DNA of 64,000 nt from Candidatus Buchananbacteria bacterium (GCA_041664165.1 JBAYLH010000003.1:3247-67246); one strand, 5' to 3'. Counted from the stretch's first letter, positions 1 to 10,960 are shown. Program-made: numbers and translations. The notes: generated by a model not told the origin, from the sequence alone.

Positions 1-122
1 AAAAAGTGCTATTTTTTTCCACCATAGTTATGGCCGGAATAATGCTTTTAAAAATTATTCTCTAAATTTCGTCATCTGATTCAAGCAACAAATTGTCAGC
101 TTCAAAGGAGCTGATTTTTTGG

Positions 123-150
123 CAATAAAAAAAAGACCACTGGTAAAACC
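123..150 (-). terminator. rho-independent terminator for the 185..673 gene (stem AGACCA/TGGTCT followed by a T-run on the minus strand)
   Basis: Inverted repeat agaccactggtaaaaccaaatggtct flanked by a poly-A run on the plus strand (poly-U on the minus transcript). Confidence 0.5.
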
Positions 151-184
151 AAATGGTCTAAACAAAGGTCAGTGACGGAGCGGA

Positions 185-673
185 CTAATCCGTTTCGCGG
201 GTACAAATTGTCCGGGAGTCGGAGTACGTTTGGTCGCTACGACTGACCGTGATATGGTCAATCTGTTCCACCTCTTCCAAGAGCTTACTGGCGCAAGAAT
301 CATGGACGAGTTCTCCATCTTCAGATCCGCCAGCCAAGTACACCGTCGCCAGAAACTCAGATGCCATCAGCGGTTTCCCGCAGACAGGACATACGCCTAC
401 CTGCTCGTCGCCAAGTTTGGCGAGAAGGTCTACCGCCCACACCGTAATGGCGGTTACTTCACTTGCAATTACTTGGCGGCGGAGTTCTTCTTCCGTAGCA
501 GCCAACTGTCTGCCATTACCGAACTGAATCCGATAAAATTCGGGGGCATCAATGGTGCTAACGATAGTTACCGTTTGGCCGTCGTATTGCTTATACCGCG
601 GGTCGTTATTTGGAAGAAAAACGAATTTTCTTCGGTCTCCAACATTTATTCCCATACCTCGTACCTCCCTCAA
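185..673 (-). CDS. hypothetical protein with CPVCG zinc-ribbon-like motif
   Basis: 162-aa ORF with a single CxxC motif (GVCPVCGKPL). No recognisable family. Confidence 0.3.
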   Translation of the reverse strand: MREVRGMGINVGDRRKFVFLPNNDPRYKQYDGQTVTIVSTIDAPEFYRIQFGNGRQLAATEEELRRQVIASEVTAITVWAVDLLAKLGDEQVGVCPVCGKPLMASEFLATVYLAGGSEDGELVHDSCASKLLEEVEQIDHITVSRSDQTYSDSRTICTRETD

Positions 674-1011
674 CTCGTCAGTTGACTTTTGCCTCTACTT
701 GGTGACAGGCTTCTCTCTCCGTTGTTGTGCACCTCTATACTGACAACATTCCAAACTGCTTGATTGGCTCTAAATATAGACAATAATTTATCACTATTTA
801 GAACCAATCAAACAAATCTGGGTAGGGTCAAAGAGCGACATTATATAATCGCATATATTTCAACCTCTGTCAACCCTTTTTAAAAATTTTCCAGCCGGCC
901 ATTATGACGCCTCACCGGGCAAAATTTTTAGCGACAAAAAATTGCCCTCCAAGGCAATTCCTGCTAAAATGTAACTAGGTTTAATTAATTAGTCTGGCAA
1001 AAAAATATTTT

Positions 1012-1485
1012 ATGTATTTAACGATTCATGCCGCGGCCGGAGTTTTGATCGGCAGTTACATTGATAACTCTTTTGTCTCGTTTCTCCTGGGCTTTTTTTC
1101 TCATTATTTCCTGGATATGCTGCCTCATCGCGACGGCAATATCCCTAAAGCAGGACATACTCCGAAATCATTAAGAAAAATGTATTTTAATAAAATTATT
1201 GGCCTGATTTATTTTGATATTTCTTTAGCCATTATTGTCGCCGGGGCTTTGCTGACTAATCACGTTAATTTTTTAGCCCACCCGATCCTTTGGGGCATGG
1301 TTGGTTCAGTCTTGCCTGATGTTTTTCAAGCCGGCAGTTTTTTCCGGCCGAAAAGCCGAGTTCTAAAAAAATTAAACGAATTTCATAATTTCCTTCATTA
1401 TCCCAATCAAAATCAAATTTCCCTGGTCTTGGGAAATCTAACTCAGCTGCTCACTCTTATCATCTTGGTTCATCCTTTGGTCTAG
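1012..1485 (+). CDS. polytopic membrane protein, His-rich motifs (YdjM/DUF457-like putative metal-dependent hydrolase), paralog 1
   Basis: 157 aa, hydrophobic, HAAAG..SH..D..PH motifs. Tandem paralog of the next gene with collinear motifs. Confidence 0.35.
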   Translation: MYLTIHAAAGVLIGSYIDNSFVSFLLGFFSHYFLDMLPHRDGNIPKAGHTPKSLRKMYFNKIIGLIYFDISLAIIVAGALLTNHVNFLAHPILWGMVGSVLPDVFQAGSFFRPKSRVLKKLNEFHNFLHYPNQNQISLVLGNLTQLLTLIILVHPLV

Positions 1486-1516
1486 CAAGGTGGAATAAAG
1501 AGTATTTGACCATTTT

Positions 1517-1987
1517 ATGTTTTTAACCGTTCATGCCGCCGCCGGGGTTTTAATCGGCCAAGCCACCGACAATGTTTGGCTGGCTTTTATTTTTAGCCTG
1601 GCTTCCCATATCTTGATTGACATCATTCCTCACGGTGATACTGATTTAATCAAAGATAGTTCAAATATTACTAAGCCGGAAATTGAGCGGCTAAAAAAAA
1701 TTGCCGCTTTAGACGGTTTGGTGATGCTACTAATTTTAGCCCTGCTTTACTTTTACGGTTTTATTCATCCGGTCTGGCCGGTTTTAGCCGGAATTTCTGG
1801 CGGTTTACTCCCCGATTTTTTAACCGGCGTTTATCTTTTGACCAAAGCCCGTTGGCTGGAAAAAATTGTCGCTTTTCATCCTCACCGGCTCCATCTAATC
1901 CTTGATAAATTTAGGGTCTCTTTTTTTGCCGGTATAATTATCCAGATTATTTTTTTGGCTGTCTTGTCGGCTTTGATTATTTTTTAG
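1517..1987 (+). CDS. polytopic membrane protein (YdjM/DUF457-like), paralog 2
   Basis: 156 aa. N-terminus MFLTVHAAAGVLIG matches MYLTIHAAAGVLIG of the upstream gene, and SH..D..PHGD motifs are conserved. Confidence 0.35.
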   Translation: MFLTVHAAAGVLIGQATDNVWLAFIFSLASHILIDIIPHGDTDLIKDSSNITKPEIERLKKIAALDGLVMLLILALLYFYGFIHPVWPVLAGISGGLLPDFLTGVYLLTKARWLEKIVAFHPHRLHLILDKFRVSFFAGIIIQIIFLAVLSALIIF

Positions 1988-2069
1988 CTTAAAAATTAAC
2001 ATTTTAAAAACCTTGCTCAAACAAGGCTTTTCAAATATCTAAATTAATTTTTACCGTTGCTATTTGTTT

Positions 2070-3338
2070 TTAAAACTTTAATTGCTTCAAAAAAGGCTTG
2101 GGATTTTTAAACGGCCCGATCAAAATCAAATTGAGCTTTTTTTCTAAAATTATTTCTTTGGCGACATTTTTAATTTGCTCGGCCGTTACAGCCATAATTT
2201 TTTTCAGCTTCTGATCCGGGGATAAAATTTTATTAAGCAATAATTCCTGTTTGCCGTACCAATCAGCGACATTTTCGGAATCCTCCAGTTCTAAAACTAA
2301 TTTGCCTTTCAAAAATTCCTTGGCTGATTCCAATTCTTTAGCCGTTATGCCTGAATTTTTAATTTGTTTCAATTCTGCCAAAATCAGCTTAATTGCCTGA
2401 TTAACTCTTTTTTTGTCCAGGCCGGCCTGAATTAGAAAAGCGCCGGTGTCTTGATAGGCGGCAAAATCCGCCTTGATATAATAAGCCAAACCGTGTTTTT
2501 CCCGAACCGTGGTAAAAAGCCGAGAGCTCATATTACCGCCTAAAATCACTGCCAATAGATAAAGCGGCATAATTTTTTGGTCAAAAATCGAATAGCTGGG
2601 AAAACCCAAGCCGATTTGGACTTGTTCGGTGTTTTTATAGACTAAATTAACTTTTGGCTTAGCCTGCTTAATTTTAGTTTTAATAAAGGAAAAACTATTT
2701 TGATGGCCGAAATTTTCGCCAAAATATTTTTTGGTCAGCTCATTAACCTTTTTTTCATTAAAATTGCCGGAAACGGCCACAATCATTTTGGCTGGCTGAT
2801 AAAATTTGTTTTTGTAATCTAAAATTTGGTCGCGGGAAATATCTTTAATTACTTTTTTCGGGCCGGAAATCAACCAGCCCAAAGAACTGCCGCTAAAAAC
2901 GACTTCTTCGAACAATGCACCCAAATAAATCATGGGGTTGTCCTGATACATATTAATTTCTTCAATAATCACTCCCCTTTCCTTTTCAATCTCATCGGCC
3001 GAAAAAACCGAATTGAAAATCATATCCGACAAAATATCAAAAGCCAATTCGATCTTATCAGCGGCAGCTTTAACGTAATAGCCGGTATGATCTTTGGCAG
3101 TGAAAGCATTATACTCGGCGCCGACTGAATCCAAGGCCTTGCTGATGTCTAAACTCGTCGGCCGTTTTTTCGTCCCTTTAAACATCAAATGCTCGATAAA
3201 ATGGGAAACGCCGTTGATATTTTTTGCTTCATAGCGCGAACCAACCGGCAGCAAGACTAAAACAGTCACCGCTTTGGTTTCCCGAAGCGGTGCTAAAATT
3301 AACTTTAAGCCATTTTGTAACTTGGTTTTGCTAAACAT
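2070..3338 (-). CDS. M16 family zinc peptidase (insulinase/pitrilysin-like)
   Basis: 422 aa. The inverted zinc-binding motif HFIEH (HxxEH) near the N-terminus is typical of M16 peptidases. Confidence 0.8.
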   Translation of the reverse strand: MFSKTKLQNGLKLILAPLRETKAVTVLVLLPVGSRYEAKNINGVSHFIEHLMFKGTKKRPTSLDISKALDSVGAEYNAFTAKDHTGYYVKAAADKIELAFDILSDMIFNSVFSADEIEKERGVIIEEINMYQDNPMIYLGALFEEVVFSGSSLGWLISGPKKVIKDISRDQILDYKNKFYQPAKMIVAVSGNFNEKKVNELTKKYFGENFGHQNSFSFIKTKIKQAKPKVNLVYKNTEQVQIGLGFPSYSIFDQKIMPLYLLAVILGGNMSSRLFTTVREKHGLAYYIKADFAAYQDTGAFLIQAGLDKKRVNQAIKLILAELKQIKNSGITAKELESAKEFLKGKLVLELEDSENVADWYGKQELLLNKILSPDQKLKKIMAVTAEQIKNVAKEIILEKKLNLILIGPFKNPKPFLKQLKF

Positions 3339-3343
3339 TATTT

Positions 3344-4732
3344 TTAAAATTTTAACTTGGTTTTAAAATAATCAATTAACTCGCTACTTTTAATTCTTTC
3401 CTGCTTCATCGTATCGCGATCGCGCACCGTAACCGCCTGATCTTTTTCCGTTTCAAAATCCACCGTAACGCAATAAGGCGTGCCGATTTCATCCTGACGG
3501 CGATAGCGGCGGCCGATACTTTGGGTTTCATCGTAATTGACTGAGAATTGCTGGCGGCAATCTTTAGCGATTGATTTGGCAATGGCAATCAAAGGCTCTT
3601 TTTTAGATAAAGGCAAAACTGCCAGCTGATAAGGCGCCAAGTCATGAGGCAACTTTAAAACGACGCGCGTTTCTTTGCCGCCGTCGGCCGTTGGCGCTTC
3701 TTCTTCGGTGTAAGCCGCGGCTAAAACCGCCAAAACCGTCCGATCAACGCCCCAGGTCGGTTCAATCACGTGCGGGACAAATTTTTCGCCGGTAACCGGG
3801 TCAGGAAAAGTCAATTCAACGCCGCTTTTTTCGGCATGGCGCCGCAAATCAAAATCAGTCCGATAAGCCAAGCCATAAAGTTCGTCAGTACCGAAAGGAA
3901 ATTTGTAATCAATATCAATCGTGCGCTTGGAATAATGAGCCAATTCATCCTTGCCGATTTCCCGATAAACAATATCTTTTTGCGGAATTCCCAGCGAATC
4001 AAGCCAGCTTTTCATTTCTGCCAGCCAATGTTCGAAATATTTCCGCCAGTCTTTTTCTTTAATAAAATATTCGATTTCCATCTGTTCAAACTCCCGAGTC
4101 CGGAAAGTAAAATTACCGGGGGTAATCTCGTTGCGGAAGGCTTTGCCAACTTGAGCAATGCCGAAAGGAAAGCCGGTTCGGGTTGAATCAACCACATTTT
4201 TAAAATCAACAAACATCGCTTGCGCCGTCTCCGGCCGCAAATAAGCCACCGAAGTCTCGTCTTCGACCGGCCCGACAAAAGTTCTGAACATTAAATTAAA
4301 TTTCCGGACAGCTGTCAAATCACCGCCGCATTCCGGACATTTGGTTAATTCTTTCGGCGTTTCTTTCATCCGGCCCAATTCCGGCTTAATCCCGGCGGCG
4401 GCCAGCAAATGATCGGCTCGGAAGCGCTTGCGGCATTTCTTGCAATCAACCAAGGGATCAGTAAAATTTTCTAAGTGGCCGGAAGCTTCCCAAACCCGGG
4501 GATTCATTAAAATTGAAGCGTCAATACCGACGATATCATCGCGCTGATGGACGAACCGCCGCCACCACTTCCGCTTGACGTTATTTTTTAATTCAACGCC
4601 AATCGGGCCGTAATCCCAGGTATTGGCAAAACCGCCATAAATTTCCGAGGACGGAAAAATAAAGCCCCTTTGCTTGGTCAAAGAAACAAGCTTTTCCATT
4701 AAATTTTCTTGGCCTTTTGCTTTTTGAGTCAT
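3344..4732 (-). CDS. glyQS: glycine--tRNA ligase (alpha2 homodimeric class II GlyRS)
   Basis: 462 aa. N-terminus KQRGFIFPSSEIYGGFANTWDYGPIGVELKNN is the canonical GlyQS signature, and class II motifs continue along the protein. Confidence 0.9.
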   Translation of the reverse strand: MTQKAKGQENLMEKLVSLTKQRGFIFPSSEIYGGFANTWDYGPIGVELKNNVKRKWWRRFVHQRDDIVGIDASILMNPRVWEASGHLENFTDPLVDCKKCRKRFRADHLLAAAGIKPELGRMKETPKELTKCPECGGDLTAVRKFNLMFRTFVGPVEDETSVAYLRPETAQAMFVDFKNVVDSTRTGFPFGIAQVGKAFRNEITPGNFTFRTREFEQMEIEYFIKEKDWRKYFEHWLAEMKSWLDSLGIPQKDIVYREIGKDELAHYSKRTIDIDYKFPFGTDELYGLAYRTDFDLRRHAEKSGVELTFPDPVTGEKFVPHVIEPTWGVDRTVLAVLAAAYTEEEAPTADGGKETRVVLKLPHDLAPYQLAVLPLSKKEPLIAIAKSIAKDCRQQFSVNYDETQSIGRRYRRQDEIGTPYCVTVDFETEKDQAVTVRDRDTMKQERIKSSELIDYFKTKLKF

Positions 4733-4924
4733 AAAGATAGTTTACCTAAATTATGATTTTTTTTCAAGCCAATTTCTAGCTAAGAAACCCGACACCCGTG
4801 CCGTTCTCTCAAGACAATTTTCGTTTATAAAACCGAGGGTGGAAAGCCTCGGCTACTTAGTTACTTGATCGCTTGATTAACTTAATCACTTATTTTTTAA
4901 TTTTTTTCAAGCCATCGTCAGCCA

Positions 4925-5494
4925 TTAAACAATCTTGGAAAAAAACATCACCAGCGCGCTGGAAACCGTTACCGAAACATTGTCATTTAATCGCAAGGGC
5001 AAGCTTTCAACAATCGCCGCGACCAGCGTCGCTTTCAAACTGACGGAAATTGCCATCGTACCGCTGATTTCCGGCAGCATCCATTTTAATAAAATAAACG
5101 AGCCCAAAGTGCCGAAAACTAAAAAGGCAACGCTGCCGGCGTAGCTTTTCTTCCGGTTCCAGGGTAATTCTTTAACCTTGAAATTCTTGCCGATCAAAGT
5201 CGCACTGCCGTCGCCCAAGGCCAAAATCGCCCAGGAAGCGGCAACAACGGGCAAAGGAAAAACTATCACTAAAAGCAACAAAATAAAAAAATATAAAACC
5301 GCACCTTCGCTGTATTTGCGCTCCACTCGGCGGTAAAAATAAGATTTCATTTTCAGCCTGGGAACGACAAAAAGCGTAATCAGCAGTAAAAACAAAAGTA
5401 AAATCACCGCTTGCCAGCGACTGATAAAACGCAGCAAAAATGCCAATAAAAATAAAAGGATGTGAACAATTTGGCGCTTTTCTTCAGAAAACAT
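4925..5494 (-). CDS. CTP-dependent polyprenol/dolichol kinase or CdsA-like membrane protein
   Basis: 189 aa, polytopic. Motif GDGSATLIGKNFKVKELPWNRKKSYAGSVAF resembles the SEC59/phytol-kinase/CTP_transf_1 family signature. Confidence 0.45.
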   Translation of the reverse strand: MFSEEKRQIVHILLFLLAFLLRFISRWQAVILLLFLLLITLFVVPRLKMKSYFYRRVERKYSEGAVLYFFILLLLVIVFPLPVVAASWAILALGDGSATLIGKNFKVKELPWNRKKSYAGSVAFLVFGTLGSFILLKWMLPEISGTMAISVSLKATLVAAIVESLPLRLNDNVSVTVSSALVMFFSKIV

Positions 5495-5548
5495 AATTTT
5501 AAAAACATTAGGCGTGCGACAAGGAATATGCCACTTGTCGCTAAACTA

Positions 5549-8500
5549 TTAACCAAAGATACTTTTCTCTTTATTTGGTTCGTCAGCTTTCGGCTCAGCT
5601 GGTTTTTCCATTTTTTCAATTTCAACCGGCGGCACCGATGGTTCCAGCTTAGTTTCAACCGGCGGCACCTGAGCCGTTGCCGAATCAATGTTTGTTTCAA
5701 TATTTTTAACTTTTTCTTCAAGCTGTTCTAAATCCTCTTTTTTCTCCTCAATGTCATGTTTAAGCTGCTCGGCTTGCTGCTTGGCCTTCATTAATTCCTC
5801 CAAAGAATCACGGCCGACTCCCGATAAACTTGGCAGCGGAGTTTGGACTGGCGGAGTCGGTGGCGCCACTGGGGTGATCGGCGGGGTTAAAATAGGTGCC
5901 GACGGCGGAGTCTGGACAGGCGCGGCTGGCGGGCTGCCGGCTTTAGCTTTTTGTAAACCAATATCCAAACTGACTACCGCTTCCTTGTCTTTGCTTAATA
6001 AATCAATCTCATTACTTTTGAAAGGATGATAGCCAAGTTTTTCGGCCGTCACATAATAAATATTGTTATTCACTAAAAACGAATACCGACCCTTGCCATC
6101 AGTTACACGGGTATCCAAAAGCTTATTATATTGCTTATCGTAAATGCGCAAAATCGCCCGCGAAACCGGCTTTCGGTTAGTGTGATCATAAACCATGCCC
6201 CAGTTGCGCGGCGGTTTTTGGTAGCCCAGCCGGCGGAATAAAGCATAAAGCAAACAATGAAAACATAGCATCACCAAAGTAAAAAGGCCGGGACTGATGA
6301 TTAAGGAAATGGTTGCCAACGGAATAGCGGCAAAGGCAGCCAAATATTGGAGCTTGCGCAAATAATATTGGAGGATAATTTTCGCCGCTGGTTTTTCTTC
6401 AATTTGCGGATCAATGGGAATATTGGCAGTAATATCGGCGCGCTGGCCCGTAACTTCAATCGTGCCGCCGTGATACAAGTCCAAATAGCTGACATCTTCT
6501 TTTAAATTTTGGAGATAAGCCGTTGGAAAATCAAATTTCGGCTTAGTCACGGTCAAATAATACCGGCCCGGATCAATCAAAAAGCTGTAACGGCCGAGCT
6601 TATCAGTTACCCGCGACTGGATTAGCCGGTTATTTTCCTTCTGATACAGCCGGACAATCGCCAAATCAACCGGCTGCTTGGTCAGGGCGTTGTAAATCAC
6701 GCCCCATTTTTTGCGACGGCGGCGGAACAGTACCGCAAACGGCTGAGTGATAAAATACTGCAAATAGGAAAAGAAATTAATAAAGGAAAAAGAAGCGAAG
6801 GTATTGACGACAACCGTGGCCACCAAGACCGGGGCGGCGACGGAAACATTGGCCTGCTCAACTTGCGGATTATCAATCACTTTCTCCACAACCTGATCGA
6901 TTATTTCTTTTTGAATAAATTTTTGAATATTTGCCGCTATCTCGGCCGCGCTAATCTCGCTATTATCCAATGGTTTTGAGCAGCCGGAATCGGCCGGGTA
7001 ATCAATTAAACCGTCTCGGTCGTTATCAATGCCATCAAGACACTGAGGTAAGTTAATTTTAAATTCCGGCGGCACGCCGCAGTCGGCCGGACAAGACCAA
7101 GTATTTTCACCGGTTTCGCAAAGCCGGTTGCCGCAGCAAGGCGCCGTCGCCAAACAGCTGCAGCTTGATAAACTGATCTGCTGGCAAATTCCGCAGGCTA
7201 CCTCGCAGCCGGGCTGGCACGAAATTACTTCCGCCGGCCGCCCGATATTTAAATCGCATTTATTAACATCGTAGCATTCGCGCTTTTGCAGCCCATTTTC
7301 GCAAGCGCCCCAGCCTAAGCAGGTCCAGCTTGGCGTACACGGCGTAACGCAGTCTTGCGGGCATGAATTGTTGCTTTCGCCGGTAGCGCAAATACCGTCG
7401 CCGCAGCACGGGATCATTTGTTCGCAAACGCACTGTTCCGCGTTAATCTGCTGGCACTGGCCGCAGCTTAATCCCTGGCAATTGCCATTTGGCCCGCCGT
7501 TGCAAACTTGCTGACTGGCCGGCGGATTAATCGGAACTTGGCAGCCGTTACTGTCAAAACATTGCCGGGTTTGCACCCCGCCGGCCGGCGGACAAACTGC
7601 CGGAGACCATGGCGTGCATTCCCATTGCGAGAGACAGGCAACGTGGCAATCAACGGAACAATTATAAGGATCTTCTCCCGGCGCTTCACAAACGGTATTG
7701 CCGCAACAGTTATTGGTGGCAACGCATTCGCAAGTAACCGGGTTTAGCTGCTGGCAGGTTCCGCAACTGACGCCGGGACAAACCTGGCAGCTTTCCGTGT
7801 ATTCGTAATTGGGCCGGCAAGGCGGAACGGTTTTGTCAACGCAACTTACGGTCAAAGTATCATTTGGCTGGCAAACCCCCGGCGTACAGGAAAAATTCGG
7901 CGTGCAGCTGCAAGCCGGATCACCCGGCGTTGAGCCGTCCGTACAAGTAGAGGCCGGGTAATCACAAAAACCATTGTGGTTGTCATCAAGGCCGTTAGTG
8001 CAATTTTCCACGCCGCCAGTGGTAACGAAAGAACCGGTATGAACCGTCTGTAAAGAGCCGGCACTGGCCGTAATCCGATAATAATAAACCGTATTTGACT
8101 GTAAACCGGTAATATTGTGGCTGAAATTGGTACCCGACAAACCACTGACTGAGCCGTCGCCAACTGCCGGCGTACTCCCCCATTCTAAAATATCAGCGGT
8201 CGGCTGGCATAAAGTTGACCAGCTGACGTTGCCGCTGGTTTGAGCCGCCGCAATTGAAACATTGCTAATCAATAGCTCAATTTGGCAAACTGAAGAACAG
8301 CAATCGCCGGAAACGGTATTGCCGTCATCGCAAGCTTCCCCGGAATCGATAATGCCGTTGCCGCAGCCGACTTCTAGCTGGCAAGCGCCTGAACAGCCAT
8401 CGCCGGAAACGGTATTACCATCATCGCATTCCTCTCCCGAATCTCTAGTCCCGTTGCCGCAGACGGCAATATAACAAGATTGGGTTGACGGCCAATTAGA

Positions 8501-9148
8501 ACAGCCATTGGTGCAAACGCCGCTCTGAACGCCATTAATACATGACCCGTAGCTGCAAACCGTTGCGGTCGGAACACAGACTGGCGTACCGGCTATTTCA
8601 CAAACGCAAGTACTATTGCAAAAATAGCCCGAAGAACAGTCGCCATCGCTCTCACAGCCTTCGCCAGCGTCGATTGTCCCGTTGCCGCAAACCGGACAGG
8701 TACAATTGCTGTTGCAATAATTGTTATAGCAACCGCCGCTAGCCGCATCACTGCCATCGCAGGCTTCTCCGCATTCAGCAATATTATCGCCGCAGACACT
8801 ATCTGCCCGGCTGCAAGTATTATTACAGCCGTCGCAGGAAACGCCATTGCCGTCATCGCAAACTTCGCCGGTGTCGATTGTGCTATTGCCGCAAACCGGA
8901 CAGGTACAATTGCTGTTGCATTGGCCGTTATAGCAGCTACTAGCACCGTCCGTGCCGTCGCAGGTTTCGCCGGTTTCTTTGATGCCGTTGCCGCAAATCG
9001 TTCCCGCCGCTGGCACCGTCGCATTAATGTTAATGGTCGCCGCCAAGGCCTGCTGAACCGAAGGTAAAGCTAAATAAAGAAAAATTAACCCGCCAAGACA
9101 AGTTAAAATAAAACCAAAAAATAAAAATCTTTTACTATCTTTGCTCAT
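5549..9148 (-). CDS. giant cell-surface protein (1199 aa)
   Basis: Long ORF with a signal peptide. It has repeated Cys-rich units of the Myxococcus-type (CGNG-x-D-x-GE-x-CDDGN...DGC). It also has an FN3-like segment and a hydrophobic C-terminal half. That half carries two repeats of TM helix + [10 protein letters not shown](K/G)GRYSF, a carboxypeptidase-regulatory-like fold. A Pro-rich linker and an acidic coiled-coil tail follow. Confidence 0.7.
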   Translation of the reverse strand: MSKDSKRFLFFGFILTCLGGLIFLYLALPSVQQALAATININATVPAAGTICGNGIKETGETCDGTDGASSCYNGQCNSNCTCPVCGNSTIDTGEVCDDGNGVSCDGCNNTCSRADSVCGDNIAECGEACDGSDAASGGCYNNYCNSNCTCPVCGNGTIDAGEGCESDGDCSSGYFCNSTCVCEIAGTPVCVPTATVCSYGSCINGVQSGVCTNGCSNWPSTQSCYIAVCGNGTRDSGEECDDGNTVSGDGCSGACQLEVGCGNGIIDSGEACDDGNTVSGDCCSSVCQIELLISNVSIAAAQTSGNVSWSTLCQPTADILEWGSTPAVGDGSVSGLSGTNFSHNITGLQSNTVYYYRITASAGSLQTVHTGSFVTTGGVENCTNGLDDNHNGFCDYPASTCTDGSTPGDPACSCTPNFSCTPGVCQPNDTLTVSCVDKTVPPCRPNYEYTESCQVCPGVSCGTCQQLNPVTCECVATNNCCGNTVCEAPGEDPYNCSVDCHVACLSQWECTPWSPAVCPPAGGVQTRQCFDSNGCQVPINPPASQQVCNGGPNGNCQGLSCGQCQQINAEQCVCEQMIPCCGDGICATGESNNSCPQDCVTPCTPSWTCLGWGACENGLQKRECYDVNKCDLNIGRPAEVISCQPGCEVACGICQQISLSSCSCLATAPCCGNRLCETGENTWSCPADCGVPPEFKINLPQCLDGIDNDRDGLIDYPADSGCSKPLDNSEISAAEIAANIQKFIQKEIIDQVVEKVIDNPQVEQANVSVAAPVLVATVVVNTFASFSFINFFSYLQYFITQPFAVLFRRRRKKWGVIYNALTKQPVDLAIVRLYQKENNRLIQSRVTDKLGRYSFLIDPGRYYLTVTKPKFDFPTAYLQNLKEDVSYLDLYHGGTIEVTGQRADITANIPIDPQIEEKPAAKIILQYYLRKLQYLAAFAAIPLATISLIISPGLFTLVMLCFHCLLYALFRRLGYQKPPRNWGMVYDHTNRKPVSRAILRIYDKQYNKLLDTRVTDGKGRYSFLVNNNIYYVTAEKLGYHPFKSNEIDLLSKDKEAVVSLDIGLQKAKAGSPPAAPVQTPPSAPILTPPITPVAPPTPPVQTPLPSLSGVGRDSLEELMKAKQQAEQLKHDIEEKKEDLEQLEEKVKNIETNIDSATAQVPPVETKLEPSVPPVEIEKMEKPAEPKADEPNKEKSIFG

Positions 9149-9152
9149 CAGC

Positions 9153-10118
9153 TTAATTATTAGCTTTCTTGTTTTTTAACTTTTTTATTTTAGAATTGAT
9201 TTTAATTAAAATAATCAAAACGACCAAACCAAAAACCGAAGTAATCAATAAATTAACCGGAATAAACCAGAAGTCCAGCTGAGCCGTTACGGTTTGCTGA
9301 GGCACTAGGCCGTAAGTCAGATTTAAAGTCGCCGTATATTTACCGAAAGTAAAATGATCGATTTCGTTTTTCAGCGCTGAAAAATATTTTTGCCAAAAAT
9401 TGCCGGCAAAACTGCCGCCCCAAAGAGTTTCAAATCTTCTAATACTGCCAGGCAAAACATTTTTTTTATCGGCATTGACCGGCAAAATTTCGGTCTGCCC
9501 CAGCCAATTTTTTAACGTAATATTACCCTCGGGTTTGAGGTGGACATTGCCGGTATTGGCAAACCGGACTAAAAAATTTACCGGAAAGCTGAATAAATAT
9601 TTACTTTCTGAAACTGTCTTAAATTCAGCTAAATTGCCGGACTCGACAACTTCGCCCTTAACTTTCAAAAAAACCAGCGTCCCGACTTGGCTGCTGATGC
9701 CAACCGCCGGGTTTTCCTTGGCCGCCTGAGGCGCGGTCTGCCAAAAAATTACGGCATAATAACCACCCGGCACCGCGTCAAGCGGCACCGTCACTGCAAA
9801 AGGGACAACCAATCCCTGCTTTGACGGCAAAAGCAAAAAATCCTTACTGAGCTTAAACCAGCCTAAATAATCCGTTTTTTCGCGGCCGGTAAGATAAACT
9901 GGCGTACCGGTTTCATCACCCGCGGCAAAAGCTTCGATATTGGGAGTCAAATAAAGCGGCTCGGCGGTTTCATTATAAATTTTTAAAATGCCATTTTGGC
10001 TTTCACCCGGATTGGCTTCCATTTCCAAAATCGGCGAAATAACCGTAACCGCTGAAGACTTGCCGGCGGTTAACAAGGAAAAAAGACAAACTAAAATTAT
10101 AAAAAAAATCTTTTTCAT
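9153..10118 (-). CDS. secreted protein with C-terminal membrane anchor and basic tail (DUF916/DUF3324-like architecture)
   Basis: 321 aa. N-terminal signal peptide, a central beta-rich region, and a C-terminal TM helix followed by KIKKLKNKKANN. Confidence 0.4.
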   Translation of the reverse strand: MKKIFFIILVCLFSLLTAGKSSAVTVISPILEMEANPGESQNGILKIYNETAEPLYLTPNIEAFAAGDETGTPVYLTGREKTDYLGWFKLSKDFLLLPSKQGLVVPFAVTVPLDAVPGGYYAVIFWQTAPQAAKENPAVGISSQVGTLVFLKVKGEVVESGNLAEFKTVSESKYLFSFPVNFLVRFANTGNVHLKPEGNITLKNWLGQTEILPVNADKKNVLPGSIRRFETLWGGSFAGNFWQKYFSALKNEIDHFTFGKYTATLNLTYGLVPQQTVTAQLDFWFIPVNLLITSVFGLVVLIILIKINSKIKKLKNKKANN

Positions 10119-10124
10119 TGACTC

Positions 10125-10853
10125 TTAAAAATTAGCCGTGGTCGAATAAGTTAAAGTGGTCGTATAGGTGCCGGCCGCCGTGCTTGAAGAAATATTAACA
10201 ATATAAGAAACAGTAAAAACCGTTGAGTTGATGTCGGTCGCCGCCGAAGCGACGGTATCACCGCTTTGATAAGCAAACTGGTTAGCCGTATTATACTGGC
10301 TAGCCGCCGAAGCGATCGGCGCTGTCCCGCTGGGATTAGCACCAACGCTCGGCGTCGTATTGGCGGCTAAATTAATGCCGAATTGGGCCGTACCAGCGGC
10401 CGAAGCGGCGGCGGTTCCGCCAATCGCGGCAATGGTATTAACGCCGCTAGTCAAAGTATTGCCGGTAACTTTAATCGTAAAGCCCTTGGCCGCGTTAGTA
10501 TCAACGGTCAAGGTGTGGCTGCCGGAATTAGTCGAAGCGGCGGTTAAAGTGTCTAAATCAACAGCCGTGGCGCCGGCCGAAAGACTCAGGTATTGATCAG
10601 GGTACATTTCGGCAAAGCCGGCTTTCAGGCCGTAGCTAGCCGAAGTCGAACTAGCCGACAAAATCATCCCCTCGCCGATCGTATCCTGCAACAAATAGCT
10701 GGCCGAAGCGCTATTTTCACTTCCGCCGGCGCTGAAATCGTCGGCCCAGATAATATAATTAGGGCTTTGCGTTCTGGCCCAAATCCCGCCGACGGCCAAA
10801 AAAGAAACGAAGATAATTATTAGCAACAAAATAGAATTGAATTTCTTTGGCAT
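10125..10853 (-). CDS. secreted Ser/Thr/Ala-rich surface protein
   Basis: 242 aa with an N-terminal signal/anchor. The composition is low-complexity STA-rich with a C-terminal beta-strand-like TYTTTLTYSTTANF. Confidence 0.4.
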   Translation of the reverse strand: MPKKFNSILLLIIIFVSFLAVGGIWARTQSPNYIIWADDFSAGGSENSASASYLLQDTIGEGMILSASSTSASYGLKAGFAEMYPDQYLSLSAGATAVDLDTLTAASTNSGSHTLTVDTNAAKGFTIKVTGNTLTSGVNTIAAIGGTAAASAAGTAQFGINLAANTTPSVGANPSGTAPIASAASQYNTANQFAYQSGDTVASAATDINSTVFTVSYIVNISSSTAAGTYTTTLTYSTTANF

Positions 10854-10960
10854 CTTTAAAAAATAAGTCTTAATTTACTTTAATTATACTAAAAAATCCA
10901 CCTTAAAGCAAAAGCTGGCCACTTGAAACGGCCAGCTTTTTTAAATTCGAATGATTTTGC

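Noticed and set aside
4733-4924. Possible T-box leader upstream of glyQS (GGGTGG-containing hairpin CCGAGG-GTGGAAAG-CCTCGG)
   Set aside because: The orientation and position fit a terminator for the upstream minus-strand gene (the T-run follows on the minus strand). The 190-nt gap is too short for a T-box, and the T-box consensus AATTAGGGTGGTACCGCG is not matched.
5688-9024. Multiple 60-140-aa ORFs on both strands nested inside the 1199-aa surface-protein gene (e.g. 5688..6029, 7852..8163, 8593..9024)
   Set aside because: They overlap a long, internally consistent ORF with a clear domain structure. They are low-complexity translations of the opposite strand or alternative frames of a Cys- and Gly-rich repetitive gene.
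10125-10853. WxL-domain assignment for the 242-aa STA-rich protein
   Set aside because: Only a vague C-terminal resemblance. The characteristic paired WxL motifs are absent, so I kept it as a generic secreted surface protein.
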